NCBI GenBank assembly: GCA_963514005.1
Contig: OY740797.1
Location: 20,150,001-20,214,000 of the forward strand
Source: Raja brachyura
Lineage: Eukaryota
Direction: 5' to 3'
DNA length: 64,000 bases
Shown here: positions 1-12,888 of the stretch, one piece after another
Numbering within the stretch: the first letter of the stretch is position 1
Layout: every line of letters begins with the position of its first letter
Notes under the pieces: model-generated
Seen by the model: only the letters and a program-made list of their open reading frames with translations
Told to the model about the DNA's origin: nothing
The model's database searches: none
Made by a program: the position numbers and the translations under genes

Positions 1-587
1 GCCATGCACGCCCTTCGCAAACCTGACCAAGGTATGAATAGAAACACCGTATAATTTTATAACTTATTATTGACATCTGAGTGTGTTGATATTGACAACG
101 TTTTTTTTAAAAGGATCACAAATGCCATTCATATCATCGTAAACACTGACTACTCTAACGGGTCCCAGAAAGACTCGCTATTCCAGGTAACTGTCGAAAT
201 GTGATGGGATGGCATTGATTTCCGCTCGAAATATTTTGCATTGTTTGCTCGTTAGTACGCATTCTCCGGAAGTCTCATACTAAATCCATTGTTTAGTGTA
301 TGTTATCGAATTTTCTGACAGGAACTGATGTCTAGGAACTGCCCTAAATTGGTGCATCCCTTTCATTTTGGAAACTCTTTGAAAAAAAGTTCTCGAATTC
401 AGCTAATTGTCAGAAAGTTTCCCTCACACGCCAGGGAACAATGGGCTCGGAAGTTACTTCTTTCTCTCAGTTTGAAGAAGGGTCATCCATTTCTTCTATC
501 CAGAGATGTTGCCTGTCCCTCGGAGTTACTCCAGCATTTTGGGTCTATCTTCGGTTTAAACAGCATCTGCAGTTATTTGCTACGCAG

Positions 588-846
588 CTACTGCCTTTAT
601 TCCCTTTATCCCTTCACGTCTGTGAAACGGCCGAGTTTCACCCGAGCGAGTTAACTCTTGTATGGCATAAACATGGCACTGCAGTTATAACTAAGGCTAA
701 TAGCGTTAAACAGAAAAATACTGAAGGGCTGTACGCAGTTTCTACTTCATTGCCCATGACAGTCGGAGCCGAATGGAAACGTTTACATTTGTCTGGTGTC
801 TCATATCTCCCTCCAAAGAGTCGCAAATTCAACGTCGTTTTCAAAG
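588..846 (+). pseudogene. Gene A C1-set Ig exon, frameshifted
   Basis: HVCETAEFHPSELTLVWHKHG...EGLYAVSTSLPMT is in one frame, and QSEPNGNVYICLVSHISL continues in another frame from about 760. The region before the first Cys is about 12 codons shorter than in gene B, and no canonical phase-1 GT donor is seen (AAG|gcatga). Confidence 0.75.
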
Positions 847-1551
847 GCATGACTTAAAAACACTTCGACGTTTTGTAACCTACGATTCAATTCTGAGTTT
901 GTGGATGATAAATCATGAAAATTTGGTAGCAAATAAAACTATCCTGGTAAATAGTATCGACACAGTTCTCCAGAAAATTCCCGCAAAATGTGTTGTTTTC
1001 AAATTGTGGAAACGAATTAGAGGGGGCGGTTTAAATTTTTGTTCTGCACACAACCACTTGCAGCTCTGTATTAAATTCCTATTCCTATCATTGTGGATTC
1101 ATCCCGATTTGTGATCCTGTGTAGAAAAAATGACGTCCCTTCCAACCTGCTTGGATTTAAAGCAGGTTTACTGTTTCATATCCTGTTTCTGGTCAAGCGC
1201 CGTATGGTGGGTTTCAACAATGACATACTCTGGTATTGTGGGGTATTTTGATCGGCATGGACGAGCTGGGCCAAGGGCCGGTTTCTGCGCTGTTTCACTC
1301 AATATAATAACTGCATGTGGGGGGGCGACGGTGGGGAGCCATTTATTGCCAATCACTAATTTTTTTTGAGAGGACAGGGCGTCCTGGGACTTACTGCAGC
1401 GTATTTACCATATGATCTGCAGGCGTGTCGGGGGAAAGTACATTTGTCGGGGGAAAGAAGATTTGCCTTGGTCCTCAACCAAATCAGCACTTCACGAAGA
1501 CGTTGGAGCTTTGTGTGCTGTTGCATTCCAATTAAAAGTGAAGAAATATAT

Positions 1552-1613
1552 CCCCCCCCCCCCTCCTCCCCCCCCTCCTCCCCCCCCTCCTCCCCCCCCC
1601 CCCCCCCCCCCCC
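1552..1613 (+). repeat. Poly-C/(CCT) tract
   Basis: Direct reading; source of spurious poly-Pro ORFs. Confidence 0.95.
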
Positions 1614-1849
1614 TACTTATTCGTCTGAAATTAAACTCGCTTAAACTAATTTACGGCATCCGGTGCAGATGGCAATTTATTCATTCCACTCTTCGAGACA
1701 ACGTTGTGTCTAATATCAGATTTAAGCAGAATGTTTTTGCATGTAATTGTGAGCGATCGCAAATCACCAAATTCTAAAGTGATTTTTTAAAACAAATAAT
1801 CAAGGTCGGCTCAAAGTAGAATTCAGTATCTGCCATTCTAAACTTGCAG

Positions 1850-1960
1850 AAACAAAGGATCAACATACCGTCATCTGGAGTGCTGTCCGTCCGGCGGTTG
1901 TAATCGCATTTTTGTTCATTATGACTGTCATTGTCGGATACTGTAAACTAAAGAATAACT
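1850..1960 (+). CDS. Gene A transmembrane exon containing Arg (activating-receptor type)
   Basis: aaacttgcag ... AACT|gtaagt, 111 nt, phase 1-1. Encodes TKDQHTVIWSAVRPAVVIAFLFIMTVIVGYCKLKNN. Confidence 0.78.
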
Positions 1961-2042
1961 GTAAGTATTGTGCTTATAATTTACATTTCATATTCACTGA
2001 GGTCCCTGTCGACTCCACTGATAAGTAATTGAATTGTTTGGT

Positions 2043-4056
2043 CATAGAAACATAGAAACATAGAAAATAGGTGCAGGAGTAGGCCATTCGGCCCTTCGAG
2101 CCTGCACCGCCATTCAATGTGATCATGGCTGATCATCCAACTCAGTATCCCGTACCTGCCTTCTCTCCATACCCCCTGATCCCTTTAGCCACAAGTGCCA
2201 CATCTAACGCCCTCTTAAATATAGCCAATGAACTGGCCTCAACTACCTTCTGTGGCAGAGAATTCCAGAGACTCACCACTCTCTGTGTAAAGAATGTTTT
2301 CCTCATTTCGGTCCTAAAGGAATTCCCCCTTATCCTTAGACTGTGACCCCTTGTTCTGGACTCCCCCAACATCGGGAACAATCTTCCAGCATCTAGCTTG
2401 TCCAACCCCTTAAGAATTTTGTAGGTTTCTATAAGATCCCCCCTCAATCTTCTAAATTCCATCGAGTACAAACCGAGTCTATCCAATCTTTCCTCATATG
2501 AAAGTCCTGACATCCCAGGAATCAGTCTGGTGAATCTTCTCTGTACCCCCTCTATGGCAAGGATGTCTTTCCTCAGATTTGGAGACCAAAACTGTACGCA
2601 GTACTCCAGGTGTGGCCTCACCAAAACCCTGTACAACTGCAGTAGAACCTCCCTGCTCCTATACTCAAATCCTTTCGCTATGAATGCTAACATACCATTT
2701 GCTTTCTTCACTGCCTGCTGCACCTGCATGCCTACTTTCAATGACTGGTGTACCATGACACCCAGGTCTCGTTGCATCTCCCCCTTACCTAATCTGCCAC
2801 CATTCAGATAATAGTCTACCCTCATGTTTTTGCCACCAAAGTGGATAACCTCACATTTATCCACATTGTACTGCATCTGCCATGCATCTGCCCATTCACT
2901 CAGCCTATCCAAATCACCCTGCAGCCTCCAAGCATCCTCCTCACACCTAACTATACCCCCCAGCTTGGTATCATCTGCAAATTTGGAGATGTTGCATTGA
3001 ATTCCCTCGTCCAAATCATTAATATATATTGTAAATAGCTGGGGTCCCAGCACTGAGCCTTGCGGCACCCCACTAATCACTGCCTGCCATTCTGAAAAGG
3101 ACCCGTTTACTCCTACCCTTTGCCTCCTGTCTGCTAGCCAGTTCTCTATCCACATCAATACTGAACCCCCAATACCGTGTGCTTTAAGTTTGTATGCTAA
3201 TCTCTTATGCGGGACCTTGTCGAAAGCCTTCTGAAAGTCTAGATATAACACATCCACTGGTTCTCCCTTATCCACTCTACTAGTTACATCCTCGAAAAAT
3301 TCTATCAGATTTGTCAGACATGATTTACCTTTCGTAAATCCATGCTGACTTTGTCCAATGATTTCACCACTTTCCAAATGCGCTGCTATCCCATCTTTAA
3401 TAACTGACTCTAGCAGTTTCCCCACTACCGATGTTAGACTAACTGGTCTGTAATTCCCCGCTTTCTCTCTCCCTCCTTTTTTAAAAAGTGGGGTTACATT
3501 AGCTACCCTCCAATCCTCAGGAACTACTCCAGAATCTAAGGAATTTTGAAAAATTATCACTAATGCATCCACTATTTCTGTGGCTACCTCCTTGAGTACT
3601 CTGGGATGCAGACTATCTGGCCCTGGGGATTTATCGGCCTTCAATCTGTTCAATTTACCCAACACCACCTCCCGGCTAACCTGGATTTCACTCAGTTCCT
3701 CCATCTTATTTGACCCCCGTTCCACTGCTATTTCCGGCAGATTATTTATGTCTTCCTTAGTGAAGACAGAACCAAAGTAGTTATTCAATTGGTCTGCCAT
3801 GTCCTTGTTCCCCATGATCAATTCACCTGTTTCTGACTGCAAGGGACCAACATTTGTTTTAACTAGTCTCTTTCTCTTTACATATCTATAAAAACTTTTG
3901 CAGTCAGTTTTTATGTTCCCTGCCAGTTTCCTTTCATAATCTATTTTCCCTTTCCTAATTAAGCCCTTTGTCCTCCTCTGCTGGATTCTGAATTTCTCCC
4001 AGTCCTCCGGTAGGCTGCTTTTTCTGGCAAATTTGTATGCCTCATCTTTTGTTTTA
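2043..4056 (-). mobile_element. CR1-clade LINE, 5'-truncated, open 566-aa RT/C-terminal ORF2 segment, in gene A intron
   Basis: ORF 2142-3842 has YRPVSLTS, LDFQKAFDKV, GVPQGSVLGP and KFADD. The 3' tail is (TTTCTATG)n, seen as catagaaa x3 at 2043-2066. Confidence 0.95.
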
Positions 4057-4337
4057 AGCGTTGTTTAGACATTTACACCGAAGAGTTTGCAAAATGCCAG
4101 AGAGATTGAAAATGCCAGAAAATTCACCACTTTCATTCTGTCAGTTAGCGATGCCAGCAAAATTCATGCAGCATCTATGTAGCCGTCTACTCTTTGCCGA
4201 AATTCATTGCTCTTCCATAATAAAATCTAATTTCATATTATGTTTTATGTTCATTATAAAAAATATTAAACGATCAGAAATGGTAATAGAGTGAAGATTT
4301 TAACCATTGTGATTAATTAAATATCGTCCGTTTCAAG

Positions 4338-4372
4338 GTAAATACAAATGGATCGGTGGCCATGGAAAGTTG
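4338..4372 (+). CDS. Gene A putative cytoplasmic exon 1
   Basis: cgtttcaag ... TTG|gtaagt, 35 nt, phase 1-0 as in gene B cytoplasmic exon 1. Encodes CKYKWIGGHGKL. Confidence 0.55.
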
Positions 4373-5269
4373 GTAAGTATATATTGATTTCGGGAAGAGG
4401 CCTAAGTGGAAATATACATTGTTGTAAAAAGTAAAAACTATTTATTCGAAGTAATGAACGATCTGATGCATCTGTCGAGTAGTGTATTGAGAAATATTGA
4501 AATCAGTATATGTGGCGTGAAGAGAAAATAAAATTGGGAAGATCATTCGACAAAAAACGCAGATGACAATTGGGTACCTTCGTCGAATCGTTATGTTTCG
4601 AATCTGTGAATAGCTTTAAGATGCTGACAAGGTCGTCAACACCAGAAGTTTTAACTCCTGCGGATATTCTCGGTAGACCCCATAATATTTCTATCGGGTT
4701 AATTGTATCAAATACAAGCTAAACTTAACGTGCAATTCCAGAAATTCCTTTCTTCATTTTTTATATAATACTAGTTCAGTTATCCATACACTATTCATGA
4801 AGTTATAACAGGTAGGGCAAACCCACCAGCTCATCATTAACAATGCATGCAACACAATGCAGAACCGTAAAGTGCTGATGTCGATGCCATTTTAAATCAT
4901 TCCACAAATGGAATTTGCTATTTGTACTGCACGTCGCTCCCTCGCCTTTTCTCCGAATAACAACTAAACTGATGAAGCGACGCAGCCTAGAAAATCTGAA
5001 TGGTGCTCTTCCCAGAGGTGCTGACTGGTCAAATGAATTTTCTATTTTAATGCAGTGGAAACATATCCCAGATTTCAGATTAGTTGCTCGGAAAGAAAAC
5101 TTCAACTATCCGTAGTTCGCCGGTTTTTAAGGGCCTAGGTTTGTTCAGACATTGCCCTTGTTTCGCCATCGACATTGTTCTCCTGTCTTTGAAATGTGCA
5201 TTGGAAACAAACAAACCAAAATGTAACAAAATAGATAGTTGTCGATATTTATAAGCGTTTCCTTTTCAG

Positions 5270-5362
5270 ATAAAACAAGTTGCTGACGACGGCGGATTGA
5301 GCACCTCAGGAGAAATCCAAAACGAGCAAGAATATGCGCGGAGAGAAACGAGAATCGAATAA
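5270..5362 (+). CDS. Gene A putative terminal exon (no ITIM)
   Basis: Good acceptor gtttccttttcag. Phase 0 reading gives IKQVADDGGLSTSGEIQNEQEYARRETRIE*. No homology support. Confidence 0.35.
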   Translation: MKQVADDGGLSTSGEIQNEQEYARRETRIE

Positions 5363-6099
5363 TCAGTGACATGGTTTCCGATTTCTCGCTCGACTTTGAT
5401 TTATGGTGGAGGCATATTAACAATACCGATCCAATGTAAAATTTAAAAAACAGAGCAATCATCAACATGTCGGAGGACTGAAATTACAATTCACACCTCA
5501 AACAGTGAAGCTCCTCGTCATCCCCAAATGCATGTCATTCTGTGCATCCAAGCAGAAAAATAGACCATTTTGTATTACGATATTCTGCCGCGCGGCTACA
5601 CGCATTTTTAAATTATTCGGGGATTATTTGTCAACTTCTTAGTGTCTTGTAACTTAATCTGTCCGCAGCTTGTTACAACAGTACAGATCTACAGTTAAAA
5701 TGTCAAATATATAGGTAAATTGCGACACTATACTGGGCGTTGCATAACAAAGGTTGATAAACAACACGCACACATTTTAATGGTCACTCTGAAGGTTGAA
5801 TCAAAGGTTATTTTCGGTTGCAATGTTTCTTAACTCCATTGTGACTAATCTTTAAGACAGTCTAATTCGTTCCACTCGTTCTATTTGTTTTACTATTTTG
5901 CATAGATCTGTTCGAAACAAAAGTCAAACTGAAGCTGAGCGTATATATACGCATAACGCATAAACCACGATATACGTGCAAAAGTATATGTATATTCGTA
6001 TACACTTCGCCATGCATTAAACTTTTTTTTAATGCGTCTACTTTAGCTTTCTTTCGCAATTCTCAGGTGTCGGTGCACGTGCATCATGGCAATTTGAGA

Positions 6100-7075
6100 T
6101 AAACTGCAGCTGCTAAAGATGTCGAGCAAAACACCAAGTGCTAGAGGGGCGCAGCGGGACAGGTAACATCTGTGGGGAGAATGGCTGGACGTTTCCGGTC
6201 GGACCCTTCATCAGAGAGATGGAATGGGGACAAAGGTTTGGGCCGGGGGGGGGGGGGGAGTAGAGCAGGAAAAGAGAGTTGGACGTGGGACAAAGTCTGG
6301 GGTGATAGATGGGTATTGGTGAGTGTGTGTGGGGGTTCTTGGCTGATAGATCTTGATAGTGACAGCAGCTAGCGTTGAAAATGAAATAAAAGTGTGTCAG
6401 GTAAGGAAAGAGGGAGGGTGGGGCGAAATGTAAAGGGATAAGAGGAAGGAAATTCGACTAAGGGATGGGGTTGTGCATACGCGTTAGGGAAGGACTATGG
6501 GTCTAGGGTATCGGGAGATGGTGGGAGAGATGAGAGCGCAAGGAATTGGGAGAGGGGTGTACAGGAGAAAGAGATCTGGTAGGTAGGTAACACATTAAAT
6601 TGGACAATTCAATATTCATACGGTTGGATTGTAAGTCACCCAAGCGGAATATGTGCCGCTGTTCCATTTGCAAGTGGCCTCGCTCTGGTAACGGAGGTGG
6701 TAAGGACATTCAAGGAGGGGGAGCGAAATTAGATCGCAACTGGGACCCCAAGCCGGCTTTGGCGAAAGCATTGCCTACGCTTGGCCTCACCGATGTTAAA
6801 GAGGCCACATCTGGTACAACAAATGCAAAAGGCTTTCTTGCCTAATGACTACTGAGTTCCTTGTGGCAAGTGATTGAGGAGTTGCAGTAACTCCAACAGT
6901 TGCCGGGGAAATTGGTTTGAGAGGGGTGAGTTGAGTGGGAAGGAGTGAGTGAGATATGTCCCCATCCAAAACGTCGCTATCTATTCCCTCCACTGAAGCT
7001 CACCGCTTGCTGGGATACTCTTGTACTTTGCGTTTCGCTCAAGATTCCAGCAGCCGCTGTTCCTTGGGTCTCCAT
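6100..7075 (-). mobile_element. Degenerate Penelope-like element fragment
   Basis: Minus-strand QMEQRHIFRLGDLQSNRMNIELSN matches the C-terminus of the 9823-10215 GIY-YIG ORF, and the typical terminal repeat is present. Confidence 0.7.
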
Positions 7076-7341
7076 AATTATTTGCTACCTGAATTAACGT
7101 ATATTTCGAGATGAAATTGTGAATGCTCCTAAGATAATAATGAAAATATTAAAATATGCGTTTCTACCACTAACCGTTCCTTCTTGATATATTTGTAACC
7201 TTCCCCACACTCCACACTCTGGCTTCCCAAAACACAAATTAGTCGCCTCAAGCGAGTTGCACCAATCAGTGGAACATTTATCTGTGCTGGGTTCGGAACA
7301 AACATGTCACGAGGATTGTTTTCAACGGCTTTTGGTTTAAT

Positions 7342-7578
7342 TCATTCTATATTTCTCATCCACTCACTGAACACTAGGGACAATTTATCTACAAACCCGC
7401 ATGTGTTTCCGATGCGGTCATAAAACGGAGCCCTCGGGGGAACCCACGCGTCACAGGGAGAACATGCCAACTCCACACAGACAGCACCCAACTCCACACA
7501 GACAGCACCCGAGATCTGGATCGAACCCGAGTCTCTAACGCTGTGAGGAAGCAACTCTTCCAGCTACGCCACTGCGCC
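7342..7578 (-). mobile_element. tRNA-derived SINE (V-SINE/HE1-like)
   Basis: Minus strand GGCGCAGTGGCGTAGCTGG (A box), GGTTCGATCC (B box), then a TGTGTGGAGTTG...TCTCCCTGTGAC body with a local duplication of the gtgctgtctgtgtggagttg segment. Confidence 0.75.
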
Positions 7579-8844
7579 TGGTCAGCTATTTCAACTTATC
7601 TCCCTAAACGTACCAACTAATTTGTTGTTGAAAATGTCAATTTCAATTGCACATGTGCCAGTTCAGACGCATCAGATGTCAACATTGCCTGATGGAACTT
7701 TAGTAAAAAAAAGAACAGTTGAAGCGGCAGAAAACGTATTTATGCTGGGAATGAAAACCTATGAATCGAGCTTCTGAATATCGATATCCCCGACCCTGCA
7801 GACTATTATTGCAGAATCACATTCAAATGAATCAATTCCCCAAATAAAAGTGAATCACAGCTTTTGTCAGCAGAATGAATTTGGTACAAACTAGAGTATT
7901 GTCTGTGTAACGTTTTATATTCAACGGGATATGATAATCAAAATTCTCCGCACTTGCCCCATATTGCTCATATTTACATCAGAATGCAAAGCTTATATTT
8001 CAGAGACTGTTAAAACGTTGTAGATACATGGGATTGCAGATGCTGGTTTACAAAGAGAGACATGTGGTGCTTGACTAACTCAGTGGACCAGGGAGCTTCT
8101 CTGCAGAACGTGGGTATGCGATGTTGCGGGTCGGGAGCTATCTTCAGGTTGATAGTAGCGGCGGTGGTGCGGTGGAGCTGGAAGAAGCATTGAGGAGGCA
8201 CGTGGCAGTTGGATACAGATGAAGAGGGTGGGAGGTAATTGGCAGATGAATGGACAAATGCCACACATGAATAGAGAAAAGGTAGTGAGGTAAGGAAATA
8301 ACACATATACTGACGCCTTCACCCGTATCCACATATCATTTCTGAATATCACTTCATATCAGTCTGAAGAAGGGTTTTGGCCCGAAACGTTGCCTATCTC
8401 CCTCGCACCATAGATGCTGCTGCACCCGCTGAGTTTCTCCAGCATTTTGTGTTCCCTCGATTTTCCAGCATCTGCAGCTCCTTCTTTAACTCCACATATC
8501 ATTTGCCTGGTTTTGTCCCGTCCCCACCTCTCTTCAAGGTTTCTTCCCCGACTACTGTCAGTCTGAAGAATGGTCCTGACCAACCAGTCGCCTATCCATA
8601 TTATGTGTTGTGGTTGCGAAGACGAAACAAATGGAATGGAAACGGCACTTTGTGTCGCGGTTCACATTGAATGGCTTCTGCACGTCTCTGCTCACATGAC
8701 GTCAGTGCCAAGCCGCCAAGTGTGTAGTGCTTAAATTGTATGCCACAACAACATTATTGCAAAATATTATAGTACAACATCCTCCTCTCTTAAAACATTT
8801 ACATTTCCGTTAAAGTCATCTGAGCAGGATGTAAGTTACAAACT

Positions 8845-9035
8845 CTGTACGGAGATTGTACGTTGTCCCCGTGACCTGTGTGGGGTTTCTCCGAGCTCCT
8901 CGGTTCCCTCCCACACTCCAAACACGTACAGGTTTGGAGGTTAATTGGCTTGGTAAATGTAAAAATGGTCCCTAGTGGGTGTAGGATCGGCGCGGACCCT
9001 GTGGGCCGAAGGGCCTGTTTCCGCGCTGTAAACTA
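8845..9035 (+). mobile_element. V-SINE-like fragment
   Basis: ctgtacggag...tccccgtgacctg...ttccctcccacactccaaa...gggccgaagggcctgtttccgcgctgta; same family as 7342-7578. Confidence 0.65.
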
Positions 9036-9222
9036 AATTATAATTTGTGTTCACAACATAAAACAATGTTTGTGGAATTATTGCTTTTACGCCAAAATCT
9101 CTTTCGTCATCATCAGATTGGGTTTAATGCTGATTTCTGTACATCCTGTTCTGTCGTCCAGTTCTATGTGCACATTTCTGATTTCTCAACCCTGTCTGTA
9201 TGTAATCTGTATCATAGTAGTT

Positions 9223-10315
9223 GGCGAATCCGGGCCTCAAATACACCTGGACCATATCAGACACTTCCCTACCATTTCTAGACCTCACTATCTCCATCGC
9301 AGGTGATAGACTTCTGACCAACATCCACTATAAACCCACTGACTCCCATGGCTATCTGGACTGCACTTCTTCCCATCCTGCTTCCTGTAAAGACTTCATC
9401 CCCTACTCCCAATTCCTCCACTTACGCCGCATCTGCTCCCAGGATGAGTTGTTCCACACCAGGGCATCGGAGATGTCCTCATTCTTCATCGAACGGGGGT
9501 TCCCCTATCCTACCACAGATGAGGCTCTCACCAGGGTTTCTTCCATACTCCGTGACAGTGCTCTCTTTCCCCATCCCCCCACTCATAACAAGGGCAGAGC
9601 CCCCCTAGTCCTCACCTTCCACCCTACCAGCCTTCACACACAACAAATAATCCTCCGTCATTTTCGCCACATCTAACGTGGCCCCACCACTTGCCACATT
9701 TTCCCAACTCCTCCCCTGTTTGCTTTCCACAGAGACCGCTCCCTCCGTAACTCACTGGTCAATTCGTCCCTTCCCACCCGAACCACCCCCTCTCCGGGCA
9801 CTTTCCCTCGCAACCGCAAGAAATGATACATTTGTTGCTTTACTTCCTCCCCCTTGACTCCATTCAAGGACCCAAGCAGTCGTTCCAGATGCGACAGAGG
9901 TTCACCTGCACCTCCTCCAACCTCATCTATTGCATCCGCTGCTCTAGATGTCCACTGATCTACATCGGTGAGACCAAGCGCAGGCTTGGCGATCGTTTCA
10001 CCGAACACCTCAGCTCAGTTCGCAATAACCAACCTGATCTCCCGGTGGCTCAGCACTTCAACTCCCCCTCCCATTCCAAATCCGACCTTTCTGTCCTGTG
10101 CCTCCTCCATGGCCAGAATGAGGACCAACGGAAATTGGAGGAGCAGCACCTCATATTTCGCTTGGGCAGTTTACACCCCAGCGGTATGAACATTGACTTC
10201 TCTAATTTAAGGTAGTTCTCAGTGTCTCCTCGCCTTCTCAGCTCTCTCTCGGCCCTCCCTCAGCCCTCTGGCTCCTCCTCTTCCTTTCTTCTTCCCGCCC
10301 CTTTCTTCTTCCCGG
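9223..10315 (+). mobile_element. Penelope-like retroelement 3' part (RT C-terminus + GIY-YIG endonuclease)
   Basis: LPFLDLTIS...YKPTDSHGYL...SSHP and FTCTSSNLIYCIRCSRCPLIYIGETKRRLGDRFTEH; frameshifted. Confidence 0.9.
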
Positions 10316-11368
10316 CAATGTTTTGGCATGTCTGTTGAAGTACTGGGTTCTTTCAGTTTGAGCAATGGTCAGTTACTGTTTTACTTCCTCCTGGTCATGT
10401 GGAGGATGTATTTTGCTGGGCATGGTTGTTTTTTACTTTCTGCCATTCTGTGGCTGGTGATTTAATGTCAGTTCTCAATGGTCCTGAGATGGGGTTGCTG
10501 AGACCAAGTCAAGGTTGTGGTCTACCTTTGTCTCTCGGCACTTGATGGGCATCTTCTTGACTGTCTGGACCTTTCTATGAAATGCATCCCCTCGGACCGT
10601 GCGGGGAGGAGGTGCTGCTGATGAACCTGTAATCTTCTGCAAACTCCTTGAACTCTTTGGAGGTGAACTGGATTCCATTATCACAAATGTAGGCTGTGGG
10701 CGGAGGAGCTTTATTCTAATGTTTCGTGACCCAAGTCACAGAACAACATGAAATGTTCACATATTGTGTAAAAATATTATATAAATCACCCCTGAAACTC
10801 GTCAAGAACAGGACTTGCACATTTATACTAAATTAGAGAAAAACCGGAAAATGTTCGATAATTTCTAGTCCAATCAGAGCACGTTTAACATTGAGTTGTA
10901 TGCCAGTTGGCCAATCACGCGCTTTGTTTCAGGCTAGCTAGGCAGGGAGCACACAACATGGCTGAGAGTGCTTCTACTGATGCCTGTTTTACTGGAGATT
11001 CCGATAAAGGTTCTTTCTAGTTCTGTGGAATACATGTCGTGGAAACTTGCAGCGGGGTAATTGAATTTAGTGAGAAAAACATCAAGATGTCTGAAGAATG
11101 TGCAGCTAAGTGCATAGAAGTGGAAGAAAGTCTTGAAAGCAAAGTCCGTGCTGAGATGCTGCAACACAAAGTTGAAACCAGTCAAACTTTGTGAATCAAC
11201 GAACTGCAAGGTAAGATCTAAAGTCTGAATTTATAAAAATTAATCTGTATGGACTTTAATTAATTTAATTGCACCCTTTATAATGTGAAATAATGAGATT
11301 TGGAGGCTGTACATTCACTCATTCACTCATTCATTCACTCACTCATTCACACACTCATTCACACTAAT

Positions 11369-11579
11369 NNNNNNNNNNNNNNNNNNNNNNNNNNNNNNNN
11401 NNNNNNNNNNNNNNNNNNNNNNNNNNNNNNNNNNNNNNNNNNNNNNNNNNNNNNNNNNNNNNNNNNNNNNNNNNNNNNNNNNNNNNNNNNNNNNNNNNNN
11501 NNNNNNNNNNNNNNNNNNNNNNNNNNNNNNNNNNNNNNNNNNNNNNNNNNNNNNNNNNNNNNNNNNNNNNNNNNNNNNN
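11369..11579. other. Assembly gap next to a (TCAC/TCAT)n microsatellite
   Basis: Run of N preceded by cattcactcattcact... repeats. Confidence 1.
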
Positions 11580-12496
11580 GTTGAGGGCCTAAACTATCCA
11601 TAACAAGGTAAATTACACATTTTCACTAATGCTAGCTTGCTGTAGTCTAATAAGTCTTTAACATATAATCTCGGAGCTGCCTGCGATAACTTACCGAGTA
11701 CAAGTGCTCCGATCGTGGGGCCTATGCACTTATCATAGTGAAGCCGCGATCTTAAAAGCGGCCGATTCGCGAACGCGGAGCCGCGTAGTCTGTTTCGACC
11801 AACTCCGCGGGAGGGGGGGTGGGGCTGTACATAGTGTCGTCCATAGCGGCCGTTTCCAGGCCCCGACCACGGGAGAAAAACGGCCGCATATTCATTGCAC
11901 TTTATAGGCTTCCATTGGAGGGAGAAATGGTCAGAAATGGCTGACGTTTATGTAGAAATGAATTGGTGTATGTGAACTTGAACTAATTTATCTATGGTGG
12001 TAACAGTGTTATTCTCATTAACATTAAGAAGAGGTTGAAATTTTATGAATTGAAGTCCATGCAGACTTAATGACTATGAGATCTTTTTTTTTGTAGCCTC
12101 TGCCTGACCCTCCACTTGAACTTGAACTAACTTTTCAATGGACCTATCAAACTTATCAAAAGACTTGGAATCTGATGAAGAATATTCCGATGAAGCTCAG
12201 ATGTAATGTAAACAAATAAATTGGGGAAATAAATGATTATATAAAGTTTTATTTTAGTGTCGATCGTTTCACTGTTTATTTGGTCAAATTATTTAAACAA
12301 TGAGTGAATTACTTATGATAATGGTGTGCTGGTGAATGACAGTGCGACAGTCCTGCGACAGTGTGACATCCACACACACATCCATCCATCAGGGGATCAC
12401 CCGACCTCCGCGCGGCCCCCGCTTCTAGTTTGATCGCGTTCATCGCATAGAGTTGCATGCTGGTGGGACAGGCCCTGTACGCACACTTCCATGCAT

Positions 12497-12660
12497 GCAC
12501 ACACACACATATACATCCGCACACACAGGCACAGATCCTTCCGCACGCAGACATACATGTACACATCCATGCACACACATACAACCACACATACATCCAC
12601 ACTTACATACACACATCCACATATACACGTTTGACAGGTATACACAGACACACACACAAA
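12497..12660 (+). repeat. Degenerate (CA)n/(CATA)n microsatellite
   Basis: cacacacacacatatacatcc... run. Confidence 0.85.
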
Positions 12661-12888
12661 CTACAGATACTCAAACAATGCAACACTTTTAGGGTTATTT
12701 TAGGTTAAAGGCAATAGCCCTCATTTGCAAAGGCACCATCGGGGGGGGGGGGGGGGGGGGGGGTGTCTCTAACATAAATATAGGCTAATTGTAGCTTAAA
12801 ATGAATACTCATCGAGTAAACATCAGAGCATTCGATTCTTGGTCAGGATGTGACATTTACATCTGAAATAAGACAGGTCTCATACAGG

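Noticed and set aside
1-330. Small exon-like units (donor at 32, possible exon about 114-186, acceptor about 321) upstream of the gene A C1 exon
   Set aside because: Splice-like signals are present but there is no recognisable protein motif or consistent phase linking them to the C1 exon.
7500-7578. tRNA-like A/B boxes
   Set aside because: This is the head of a SINE; it does not form a full cloverleaf and continues into the SINE body.
11300-11601. ORFs containing X runs
   Set aside because: They span an N gap.
12309-12708. Cys/Val- and His/Thr-rich ORFs
   Set aside because: Artefacts of a degenerate CA microsatellite.
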